A stretch of 64,000 nucleotides of DNA from an uncultured Chloroflexia bacterium (GTDB taxonomy: Bacteria > Chloroflexota > Limnocylindria > Limnocylindrales > CSP1-4). The stretch covers positions 863,437 through 927,436 of the forward strand of contig CAVRFC010000005.1 of NCBI GenBank assembly GCA_963720315.1, given 5' to 3'. A program made the translations under genes and the position numbers. Shown here piece by piece: positions 47,545-56,596 of the stretch (positions within the stretch are counted from its first letter, which is position 1; each line of letters starts with the position of its first letter). The notes below the pieces were generated by a model. It did not search any database, was not told the origin of the DNA, and saw only the letters and a list, made by a program, of their open reading frames with translations.

Positions 47545-48207
47545 ATGATCAATTGGTTCACCACGCTCTTCGCCGGCCTCGTCGGACTGATCGTTGGACT
47601 GCTATTTGGCGACCCGCTGCCCGGGGTGGCGTTCGGGCTCGGACTGCTCCTTGGCGGCGCCGCATCCGTCGTCGTCGTGCCCGCGTTGCGAGCCGCCCCG
47701 GCCGGCATCAAGGGCGCAGCCATCGACGACGTGGCTGTGGGCTGGATCGAATTCCACCGCGAGCTGGCGCGGGCGAGGCGGTTCGAGCGTCCGTTCGCCA
47801 TCGTCCGCTTCTCAGTTGGTCGCTCGCCAGACCAGGGGGTCCTCGTGGGCCTTCGCAATGAGATCGCCGCAATCTCCCGCCGCATCGACCGGCTGTGGAT
47901 CGACGAGGACGACATTCTCCTTCTCCTCCCGGAGGCCACCGAGGCAGCAGCGAAAGTCGCTCTGTCCAGGGTCTACGTCCGGGTCCCGGCAGCAGTTGCC
48001 TTCGAGCCCGGGCTCGCGCTGTACCCGGAGCATGGAATCACGAGCGGCGCGTTGATCGCAGCGGTCTACGGCAACGGGCAGGCGGACGTCCCCACGCCGA
48101 TCGCGGCGGCACGACCGGAACTGTGGCTCCAGCCGGCCGCGGGCATGGCCATCCAGACGGAAGGCGCTGCCGGCGGGTCGGACGAAGTGGCGAGCCAGAG
48201 TGGCTGA
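47545..48207 (+). CDS. Membrane protein with a degenerate GGDEF-like domain (GGDEF replaced by DEDDI)
   Basis: Two N-terminal TM helices. EFHRELARARRFERPFAIVRF ... SRRIDRLWIDEDDILLLLPEATEAAAKVA ... GLALYPEHGITSGALIAA is colinear with the diguanylate-cyclase fold but lacks the GG(D/E)EF and metal-binding residues. Confidence 0.6.
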   Translation: MINWFTTLFAGLVGLIVGLLFGDPLPGVAFGLGLLLGGAASVVVVPALRAAPAGIKGAAIDDVAVGWIEFHRELARARRFERPFAIVRFSVGRSPDQGVLVGLRNEIAAISRRIDRLWIDEDDILLLLPEATEAAAKVALSRVYVRVPAAVAFEPGLALYPEHGITSGALIAAVYGNGQADVPTPIAAARPELWLQPAAGMAIQTEGAAGGSDEVASQSG

Positions 48208-48823
48208 TCCCCGAGCGCTCAGCTACCGGCGGTTCAGCCGCACGAAGCGGGCCATGGATCTCATCATCTGCATCGCGGCGATGCCCCTGCTCGTCCCGGT
48301 TCTCCTGGTCTGTGCGCTCGCCGTCCGGCTGGAGTCGACCGGCCCAATCCTCTTCCGTCAGCAACGAACCGGACGTCACGGCGTCCGCTTCGGCATGTAC
48401 AAGTTCCGCACGATGGTCGCCAACGCCGAGGAGTTGAAGGCGTCGCTGGCCCATCTGAACATCCTGCCGCCACCGGATTTCAAGATCATCGACGACCCAC
48501 GGATCACGCGGGTCGGCCGAATCCTCCGAACGACCAGCCTCGACGAGCTGCCACAGATCCTCAACGTCGTGCGCGGCGAGATGTCGTTGGTCGGCCCACG
48601 GCCGACGTCTTTTGCGGCGAGCACCTACCGGCTGTGGCATGCGGAGCGTCTCGAGGTGGTGCCCGGGATCACCGGCTTCTGGCAGATCCGCGGCAGAAAC
48701 GCGTCAACCTTTGACGAACGGCTCAGGCTCGACGTCGAGTACATCCAGCAGATGTCGCCGTTGCTCGATCTCAAGATCCTCTTTTGGACAGTCGGATCGG
48801 TCGTGAAAAGATCCGGAGCGTAG
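48200..48823 (+). CDS. Monotopic phosphoglycosyl transferase (bacterial sugar transferase; undecaprenyl-phosphate hexose-1-phosphate transferase)
   Basis: KRAMDLIICIAAMPLLVPV, YKFRTM, DPRITRVGRILRTTSLDELPQILNVVRGEMSLVGPRP is the signature of the WbaP C-terminal/PglC family. GTG at 48200 overlaps the upstream stop. Confidence 0.9.
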   Translation: MADPRALSYRRFSRTKRAMDLIICIAAMPLLVPVLLVCALAVRLESTGPILFRQQRTGRHGVRFGMYKFRTMVANAEELKASLAHLNILPPPDFKIIDDPRITRVGRILRTTSLDELPQILNVVRGEMSLVGPRPTSFAASTYRLWHAERLEVVPGITGFWQIRGRNASTFDERLRLDVEYIQQMSPLLDLKILFWTVGSVVKRSGA

Positions 48824-48858
48824 TGCGGGGGAATACCGTCATCACGTCGCGACGAGCG

Positions 48859-51671
48859 ATGTGGCTCGAGCGTCGCCAGCGCCGGTCGCGATTAGTCGCC
48901 ATCCTTGGCTTCCTGGTGATCGTGGGGTCGGCTTTGCCGATGGCCGCTCTCGCCGCTCCAGGCGACATCGGCAATGAGGGCCCGTCATTCGACGGCGCCA
49001 GCGGCACCGCCACAGGGTCCAAGCCGGAGAGCAAGCTGTGGTGGAACGACGGGATCTGGTGGGGGAGCCTGTGGGACACCGACACCCTCGACCTACCACA
49101 TTCATCGGCTTGACCTGGCCACCAGCACATGGGTCGACACCGGGGTTCAGCTCGACAACCGGGCCGGCACCCGAGCGGACACGCTCTGGGACGGGACGAA
49201 ACTCTACGTCGCCTCGCATCGGTATTCGTCGTCTCCGGCAGCCGGCTACGCGGCCCGGCTCTACCGGTTCAGCTACAACGCGGCAGCCAAGACCTACACG
49301 CTCGACTCGGGCTTTCCGGCGACGATCCACAACTACCGGGTCGAGACCATGGTGATCGACAAAGACACGACGGGGATGCTCTGGGCGACCTGGATCCAGA
49401 ACAGCCAGGTTCACGTCAGCCACACGAATGGCTCCGACAGCAGCTGGGTCACCCCGTTCGTCCTGCCCGGGCCGGGCACGACCGTCAACATCGACGACAT
49501 CTCGTCGGTCATCCACTTCCAGAAGTCTGGCGAGACCGGTCGCATCGGCGTGATGTGGAGCAACCAGAACGACTCGAAGGTCTACTTCGCCATCCACGTC
49601 GACGGCGATGCCGACACGGTCTGGGACAGCAGCAAGACCGCGCTCCAGGGCCCGGGCGACGCCGACGACCATATCAATCTCAAGTCGGTCCAGTCGGACG
49701 GCAGCGGCAAGGTCTACGCGGCGATCAAGACGAGCCACTCGTCGTCGTCCGCTCCCCTGATCATGGCCCTCGTCTTCAATCCGACGACCGGAACGTGGTC
49801 CAACAGCGTCGCCGGGCGCGTCTCCGACTAGCCATACCCGCCCGATCATCGTCATCGACGACGAGCACGATGTCGCGCATGTCGTCATGACCGGCCCCCA
49901 GCCGCCAGCGACGAGCGGCCAGAACGGCGGGCACCATCTACGACAAGACGGCTCCGTTGGGGACGATGGCCTTCGCGACCGGCGTCGGTACGCCGATCAT
50001 CCGCGACGCAGACGTTCCCGACATGAACGACGCAACGTCGACTAAGCAGAACGTCAGCAGCACGACGGGCCTCGTCATCCTCGCGGGCAATGACACGACC
50101 AACCGGTACTGGTGGAGCTTTGATCCGCTCGGCGGTACCCCGCCGCCGGCGAATCCGCCCGTCGCCGCGTTCTCGGCGACGCCGACATCGGGCCCGGCAC
50201 CACTCGCTGTGGCGTTCACCGACGGCTCGACGAACCTGCCGACGAGCTGGGCCTGGGACTTCGACAACAACGGCTCCGTCGACTTCGACCGCCAAGAACC
50301 CGGTCCATACCTACGCCGCGCCGGGCACCTACTCGGTGAAGCTCACCGTCTCCAATTCGGCGGGCAGCGACGACGAGACTCAAGACGGGCTTCGTCACGG
50401 TCGGCGCCCCGCTCACGTTCACCACCTTCACGCCGGGGGCCGATGCCTTCGTGAGTTCGTCGAGCGCGACGAAGAACTACGGCTCTGACGTTCAATTGCG
50501 CGTCCGCGCGTCCTCGACGAACTATCGCTCGTACCTGACGTTCACTGCGAGCGGCCTCGACGGCCCGGTCAAGTCGGCTCGGCTGCGGCTCTTCGTCAAC
50601 GACGCCAGCCCCGACGGCGGCTCGGTCTACGCCGTCGCGAGCGGCTGGACGGAGAGTGGCATCAACTGGAACAACGCACCCACACTGCCCGGATCGTCGA
50701 TCCGCTCGATCGGCGCCACGCCGCCCGTTGGCAGCTGGGTCGACGTCGATCTCGGCACCGCCATCACCGGCAACGGCACGTACAGCTTCGCCGTCGCCAA
50801 CAACAACACCAACAGCGCCTACTACTCCAGTCGACAGGGGACGAATGCACCCCAGCTGATCGTCGGCTACGAGGCGGGTGGAACGCCGGAGATCGCGCCC
50901 GTTGCGGCGTTCTCGGCGACGCCGAGGTCCGGTCCGGCGCCGCTCTCGGTGACGTTCAGCGACGCCTCGACGAACCAGCCGACAAGCTGGGCGTGGGACT
51001 TCCAGAACAACGGCACGATCGACTCGACCGCCCAGAACCCGGTGTTCGCCTACGGCACGGACGGCACGTACTCGGTGAAGCTGACCGCGTCGAACGGGGC
51101 GGGGAGCGACGACGAGATAAAGATCGATTACGTGACGGTTGCAACGACACCGCCGCCGACGCCGACGCCCACGCCGACGGCGACTCCCACGCTGCCACCG
51201 GGCGGTGGAACGATCACGGTGACCCCGACCGCCGACTCACGGACCAGCCAGGGGTTCCCCGCGAGCAACTACGGCGCAGACGTGTCGCTGCGGGTTCGCC
51301 TTGACCCAACCGGGGCGTACCGGAGCTACGTTCGCTTCGCGGTGGCGGGCATCACCGGGACGGTGGGCTCGGTAACGCTACGGCTGTTCGTCACGGATGC
51401 GAGCCCGAGCAGTGGGACCGTCTACCCCACGACCAACACGTGGGCGGAGTCATCGATCAACTGGGGCAATGGCCCGGCCGCCACCGGATCCGCGATCCGT
51501 TCGATCGGGGCCACGACGCTCGGCGCCTGGGTCGACGTGAACCTGACCGGCGCGATCACCGCCGACGGGACGTACAACTTCCTGATCAGCGACGGCAACA
51601 CCAACAGCGCGTTCTTCTCGAGCCGCGAGGGCGCCAACCCGCCGCAGCTGGTCATCACCCAATCCCCCTGA
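48859..51671 (+). pseudogene. Surface protein: propeller (paralog) + PKD + DNRLRE-type beta-sandwich + PKD + DNRLRE-type beta-sandwich; about 5-6 frame breaks
   Basis: Signal LVAILGFLVIVGSALPMAALA and the SKLWWNDGIWWG motif. Colinear pieces lie in ORFs 48784.., 48974.., 49957.., 50090.. and 50451..51671, with breaks near 49085, 49828, 49930, 50285 and 50390. The two C-terminal modules share ...NYG.D..LRVR....YRSY..F...G....V.S..LRLFV.DASP..G.VY......W.ES.INW.N.P. Confidence 0.8.
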
Positions 51672-52349
51672 CGGCCCGCCTGCCCGCCGCGTTTCGCCCG
51701 TGTCTGGGGCGCTCGATGTCAAGTGCCTGACATCCCTTGTGCGCCCACGCACCACGCTCGAAAGTACCCCCTTGACGTAGTACCTTCGTACCAAGCACAC
51801 TCGCGAACCTAACGGACTGCGCTGGCCGGGGGCTACGAGCGCATCCGTACAGAGGGTAACGGACCAACAGGTGCGCCGGCCGGGGGGCCACGACCGCATC
51901 TGGAGTCCGTCGAGGGGACGCAGGTAGTCAGGCCGCGCTGTATTGGCGCGGCCGGTCCTGACCGGACCATGTCCGGGGTTAGCCGCTAGCCGGGGGGCTA
52001 GGGGACAGAGGGTGCCCGTTCGGCAAGTTCTAGTACGTCGATCTGTTCAGGGCGCCTCGCGCTGTCTCAAGGAGTCCGCGCGCGCCGTGCGTGCCGCGCT
52101 GGGCCCAACGTGACCTTGCGGTCCTTGTGACCGGGCGAGAGCCTGCCGTGCCCTGAACACGGGAGGCTCGCGTGTTTCTTGATGGTGCAAGCCCTGAGTC
52201 GGGCCTGGCGCGGTCAGGAGACGAGGCAGTTTCAACGGCGCGTTTGGGGAGGAAATTCAGGTAGAGGGAGGGTCTATGGCGAGGGGGCGGTGAATTCGGA
52301 CAAGCGATCCCCTGCAGTTGCAGGGACATCCGTATTGAGGAACCTGGAA
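51672..52349 (+). promoter_or_regulatory. Unusually long (~680 nt), lower-GC, hairpin-dense leader/intergenic region; candidate structured RNA (class unknown)
   Basis: No convincing ORF. Three related units each have a YNGGCC-GGGG-GGCYNN hairpin (51825, 51875, 51985). ACAGAGGGT occurs twice. There are perfect hairpins at 51930-51952, 51953-51967, 52145-52162 and 52309-52325, and a GAGGA RBS 9 nt before the ATG at 52350. Confidence 0.4.
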
Positions 52350-53954
52350 ATGACCTTACAGCGCAACAGCCGACGAGCTCGGCCCCGATGGGTGGCCCTC
52401 GTTGGTTTCGTCATGGTGTTTTCGCTCATGGGCGTGGCCACAACCCTGGCGAGCCATCCCGAGGTGAGCCTACCGGGCAGCAACTTCGAGATCGACACTG
52501 ACGCAAATCTGAAGGTTGATGATGTCGGCTCGCTCGATTGGGCGAATGTCGCGAACATTAGCCAGGCGGACACCCTCAGCGGCAGCGGCGACGAATCCTT
52601 CGGCCAGGGCTCGAAGGAGGACACCGCCGTCCCGTCCGTGGTCGACGGTGGCATTCCGCCCAACAAGAGCGATCTGAAGTTCTTCGGCGTCTACCAGGAG
52701 GGAACCGGAAGCACCGGTTTCCTCAACCTCTACTGGGCCCGCGTCCAGGATCCGTCCGGCACGACGAACATGGACTTCGAGTTCAACCAGAGTTCCGCGT
52801 TGTCCGCCAACGGCGTGACGCCAACCCGGACAGTCGGCGATCTCCTCGTGATCTACGATCTGTCGCAGGGTGGAACCCACCCAACTCTGTCGCTCCGCCG
52901 CTGGACCGGCACCGCCTGGGGAGCGCCGGTCGACCTCACGTCGTCCGGTACGGCAACGGGATCGATCAACACGACCGCCATCCCGGCCGCGGACTCCGAT
53001 GGGATCGGTGGCCTCTCGCCGCGGACGTTCGGCGAGGCCCAGCTGGCGATCGCCTCGATCTTCCCTGATCCCACGATCTGCCAGTCGTTCGGGTCCGCCT
53101 ACCTGAAGAGCCGCTCGTCCGACTCGTTCACGGCCGCTCTGAAGGACTTCGTCCCACCGGTGGCCGTCAACATCAGCAACTGCGGCAGGATCTCGATCCA
53201 CAAGCAGGATGACGCCGGGAACGCCCTCGCCGGCGCGACGTTCGTCCTGTACAAGGACAATCCGCCGGTCGGCGGCAGCCGCGGCGCCGAGGACACGCTC
53301 GTCACCGGCAAGTCGTGCACGACGAACGCGGCCGGCAACTGCGAGATCCTCAATGTCCTGGCGGGTGAGTACTGGGTCCACGAGTCGGTCGTCCCGGCCG
53401 GCCACACTGCCGCGCCCGACCAGCACGCGACCGTCGTCGCCGATACCACCGTCTCGCTCACCTTTGTCAACCCGCGCCAGCAGGGCTCGATTAGGGTCAC
53501 GAAGACGGCCAAGCACGCAGGTCCGGGTACCCCGAACCTCGCGGCCACGTTCACCGTCAAGAAGGCCGGCGTCAGTGTCGGCACGATCACGACCGACGGG
53601 ACGACCGGAATCGGCTGCATGGGCGGCCTGTTCTTCGGCGCCTACACGGTCGAGGAGACGAGTGGCCAGCCGGGCTACCTGCTGGACGCCTCGGTCGAGA
53701 ACGCAACGATCTCGGCCGCTGGGACCTGCGCCGGCGCACCGTCGGCCTCGGTCAGCTTCGAGAACATCCCGCTGACGAACCTCACGGTCAGCGTGAGTTC
53801 GCAGGTCACGGGTGGCACCAACTCGAAGATCACCTGCACAGGTCTCACGCCGACGCCCGCCGACGGCACGCCGAACGCGTACGACGACACGTCCGAGACC
53901 GTGAACAACCTCGTTCCCGGTGTCTACACCTGCACGATCGACATCGATCCGTAG
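52350..53954 (+). CDS. Secreted protein with an N-terminal uncharacterised domain and two SpaA/Cna-B-type (prealbumin-like fold) domains; no LPXTG
   Basis: Signal RPRWVALVGFVMVFSLMGVATTLA. GRISIHKQDDAGNALAGATFVLYKDN...GEYWVHESVVPAGH and GSIRVTKTAK...GAYTVEETSGQPGY are Cna-B/SpaA-like. Ends ...CTIDIDP without a sorting signal. Confidence 0.8.
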   Translation: MTLQRNSRRARPRWVALVGFVMVFSLMGVATTLASHPEVSLPGSNFEIDTDANLKVDDVGSLDWANVANISQADTLSGSGDESFGQGSKEDTAVPSVVDGGIPPNKSDLKFFGVYQEGTGSTGFLNLYWARVQDPSGTTNMDFEFNQSSALSANGVTPTRTVGDLLVIYDLSQGGTHPTLSLRRWTGTAWGAPVDLTSSGTATGSINTTAIPAADSDGIGGLSPRTFGEAQLAIASIFPDPTICQSFGSAYLKSRSSDSFTAALKDFVPPVAVNISNCGRISIHKQDDAGNALAGATFVLYKDNPPVGGSRGAEDTLVTGKSCTTNAAGNCEILNVLAGEYWVHESVVPAGHTAAPDQHATVVADTTVSLTFVNPRQQGSIRVTKTAKHAGPGTPNLAATFTVKKAGVSVGTITTDGTTGIGCMGGLFFGAYTVEETSGQPGYLLDASVENATISAAGTCAGAPSASVSFENIPLTNLTVSVSSQVTGGTNSKITCTGLTPTPADGTPNAYDDTSETVNNLVPGVYTCTIDIDP

Positions 53955-53975
53955 TCGGCTCCGCCACTACGAACC

Positions 53976-54007
53976 GAGAAGGACCGGCCGCGAGGCCGGT
54001 CCTTCTC
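53976..54007 (+). terminator. Strong stem-loop after the SpaA-like gene
   Basis: GAGAAGGACCGGCC-GCGA-GGCCGGTCCTTCTC, a perfect 14-bp stem 22 nt after the stop. Confidence 0.7.
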
Positions 54008-54153
54008 TCGTTCGGCCGGCGTCGGCCGGCTCAATGTGTCGGGGTCGCCAGAGCGGGGAGCACGAACGTACGCGCGGATCGGCTGCCGGCCAATGGCGGG
54101 TTCATCCCGCGGCGTTGGTCCCGAGGTCCCGAGGTCCGGCACAAACCTCCCGA

Positions 54154-54912
54154 CTAGCGCACCGACTCACCCGGTCGCATCGCATGGACTTCGACGTCGA
54201 CGAGACCGCGGCCCTGGAGCGCCGCGCGGAGCCCGTCGGGAGTGCCCGCGAGGATTGGAAACGTCCCGTAGTGCGTGGGCAGAACGTGTTTAACGCCGAG
54301 CAGCTCCGTCGCAATGGCGGCTCCCGCGGGGTCCATCGTGAAGTGGCCGCCGATCGGCAGGAAGGCGAGCTCCGGTCGATACCGCTCTGCGATGAGCTGC
54401 ATGTCGCCGAAGACGTCGGTGTCGCCCGCGAAGTAGAACCGGAACCCGTTCTCGAGCTCGACGACGAAGCCGACCGGCTCGCCGAAGTAGATCGGGGCCT
54501 CCGCCCCACCGTAGATGTCGCCCGCTGAGTGATCGGCGTGGACCATCGTGACCTTGATCCCGGCCGCCTCGACCGTCCCGCCCTTGTTCATGCCGATGAC
54601 CGAATCCTTGTGGGCGAAGTTCCGCGCGAGCCAGAGGCTCATTTCGTGCATGCAGGGCCATGTCGGTCGGGTCCGGCTGCCGACCATGAGCGCGTCCCCG
54701 AAATGGTCGTAATGGCCATGCGTGACGAGGAGCAGGTCGCAGCGGTCCACGCTGTCGGCGGACTTCGGGCTGCTCGGATTGGAGAACCAAGGGTCGAAGA
54801 GGATCGTCCGGCCGCCCGGCGTCGTCACCTCCCAGCAGGAGTGTCCGTACCACGTGAAGGTCGTATCGCGATCGATGGCCACGTCGCCTCCTTTGGTTCT
54901 TGTCGACGACAT
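54154..54912 (-). CDS. UPF0173-type metal-dependent hydrolase (metallo-beta-lactamase fold)
   Basis: FTWYGHSCWEV, LLLVTHGHYDHFGD (HxHxDH), FLPIGGHFTM. Confidence 0.85.
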   Translation of the reverse strand: MSSTRTKGGDVAIDRDTTFTWYGHSCWEVTTPGGRTILFDPWFSNPSSPKSADSVDRCDLLLVTHGHYDHFGDALMVGSRTRPTWPCMHEMSLWLARNFAHKDSVIGMNKGGTVEAAGIKVTMVHADHSAGDIYGGAEAPIYFGEPVGFVVELENGFRFYFAGDTDVFGDMQLIAERYRPELAFLPIGGHFTMDPAGAAIATELLGVKHVLPTHYGTFPILAGTPDGLRAALQGRGLVDVEVHAMRPGESVR

Positions 54913-54957
54913 CGTAGGCCGAGCGGCCGGGCGTGTGCCCTCGGCTACACTCGGACG

Positions 54958-55794
54958 GTGCCTGCCGAACGAATCGCGGAGAACCTCGCGTTCATCAACT
55001 GGACCGTCCTGACGGCTCTCGCTATCGGGTCGTTCGGGGCGGTTGCACTGGCCAGCCTCCGGACCGAGGCGACCCGCGGCTTCCTAGCCTTCACGGCGGG
55101 CTGCGCGGTCGTCCTTGCGGTTCTCGCCTTTGCGTCGGACCAGGCGTTGCCCGCCACGCTTGGCGGCTCGCCGATCGTCGCCGATCCGTCGTTCGACATG
55201 CCGCGTAGGATCGCCCTCGCCGCGTTTGGCGTCCTCGCGGCGGCCTACACCATCGCCCTGATCCGGCGCCGCCGCGAACCGCTCCTCGCCGGGGCCGCGA
55301 TGCTCGCCGCGGCGGCCGTCCTGATGTGTGCGGCGCTTGCCTGGGGCGGTGGGTCATTCGGAGCGGTGCCGCTCCTGCTCCAGCTGGTGGTCCTCGCGGT
55401 GGCCACGGGCGGCGTGTTCGCCGCGATGATCCTCGGCCACTGGTACCTCGTGACCCCGAAACTGCCCGAGGCGCCGCTCATCCTCATCGCCCGGTTGCTC
55501 CTCGCGGTCGTCGTGATCCAGATCGTGCTGTTCGCGGTGTGGGTCGCGACCGGGGCCGGACCCGCCGGTGGCGCGCCGTTCGCCGTCCTCGTCGGCCAGT
55601 GGGCGCTCTTCGTCTGGCTGCGATTGATCGTCGGCCTCGTGTTCCCGCTCGTCGTGTCGTGGGCCGCGGTGCAGACCGCGCGGTCGCGGTCGATGGAATC
55701 GGCGACGGGGCTGCTCTACATCAACGTCGGCTCGATCGCGGCCGGGACGATCCTCGCCGCCGGGCTCTATTTCGGCGCGGGGCTCCTGGTATGA
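54958..55794 (+). CDS. Hypothetical polytopic membrane protein (~8 TM helices)
   Basis: GTG at 54958. Continuous hydrophobic helices (e.g. LLLQLVVLAVATGGVFAAMILGHWYLV). No family recognised. Confidence 0.55.
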   Translation: MPAERIAENLAFINWTVLTALAIGSFGAVALASLRTEATRGFLAFTAGCAVVLAVLAFASDQALPATLGGSPIVADPSFDMPRRIALAAFGVLAAAYTIALIRRRREPLLAGAAMLAAAAVLMCAALAWGGGSFGAVPLLLQLVVLAVATGGVFAAMILGHWYLVTPKLPEAPLILIARLLLAVVVIQIVLFAVWVATGAGPAGGAPFAVLVGQWALFVWLRLIVGLVFPLVVSWAAVQTARSRSMESATGLLYINVGSIAAGTILAAGLYFGAGLLV

Positions 55795-55825
55795 CCGGCC
55801 GTCACCGGTGACGGCCGGAATCGCG

Positions 55826-56596
55826 ATGCGGATCAGGGTTCGCCTGTTCGCGATCCAGCGCGAGTTGGCCGGAGCTCGCGAGGTCGAGCTCGAGCTGCCC
55901 GCCGGCGCCTCGATCGAGGGCGCCTGGTCGGCGCTCGTCGCCCTCCACCCGTCCCTCGCGCCCGGCCGGGCATACGTCCGGTTCGCGAGGAACGCCGACT
56001 ACGCGGACCCCGACACTCCGCTCGCCGATGGCGACGAGCTGGCGATCATCCCGCCAGTGAGCGGCGGTGCTGGCTCGCGGATCCTGGAGCTGCGCGACGA
56101 GCCACTCGGGGCGTCGATTCTCGCCGAGCTGGGCGACCGGCTTGCCACGGCCGCGGACGGGGCGGTGGTTGGGTTCATCGGCCGGACGCGTGAGTCGCCG
56201 GGAACGCCGGCACCGGGGCAGGAGGCGGAGGCGGCCCGACACGCAGGCCGCTTGGTGGAATCGCTCGGCTACGAGGCGCACGAGCCGATGGTCCTCTCGA
56301 TCCTCGGCCAGATCGCCGACGAGATCGCGGAACGGTTCGGCGTGGAGCGGATCGCCATCGTCCACCGGACCGGCGACGTGCCGCTCGGCGAGGCGAGCGT
56401 TGCGATCGTCGCCGTGTCGCCGCATCGGGAGGCCGCGTTCGACGCCGCCCGATACGCGATCGACGAAACGAAAGCGCGGGCGCCGATTTGGAAGGCGGAG
56501 CGGTTCGCCGATGGCCACGTGTGGGTCGGGGAGCCCGCCCGCGATCGCCCGCCAGCGGCGAACGACGCGAACGATGCGAGCGAGGAGGGTCGGTGA
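55826..56596 (+). CDS. Fused molybdopterin synthase MoaD-MoaE (MoaX-like)
   Basis: The N-terminal ~80 aa end in DELAIIPPVSGG (MoaD/ThiS C-terminal Gly-Gly at 56063-56068). They are followed in frame by MoaE motifs (VGFIGRTR..., VAVSPHREAAFDAARYAIDETKARAPIWKAE). Confidence 0.85.
   Translation: MRIRVRLFAIQRELAGAREVELELPAGASIEGAWSALVALHPSLAPGRAYVRFARNADYADPDTPLADGDELAIIPPVSGGAGSRILELRDEPLGASILAELGDRLATAADGAVVGFIGRTRESPGTPAPGQEAEAARHAGRLVESLGYEAHEPMVLSILGQIADEIAERFGVERIAIVHRTGDVPLGEASVAIVAVSPHREAAFDAARYAIDETKARAPIWKAERFADGHVWVGEPARDRPPAANDANDASEEGR

Noticed and set aside
51672-52349. Known housekeeping or riboswitch RNAs (RNase P, tmRNA, SRP RNA, cobalamin, TPP, SAM) in the long leader.
   Set aside because: The signature strings I know are absent on both strands: GGAAAGUCCGG for RNase P, the tRNA-like 3' end of tmRNA, GGAAGCAGCC for SRP, the B12 box GCCACUG, and CUGAGA for TPP. 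Only a weak, atypically spaced resemblance to c-di-GMP-I remains; it is reported as a finding with low confidence.
52179-52349. 57-codon N-terminal extension of the SpaA-like protein.
   Set aside because: A canonical signal peptide begins at the ATG at 52350, which has a GAGGA RBS 9 nt upstream. The extension is unlike a signal or domain and overlaps predicted hairpins.
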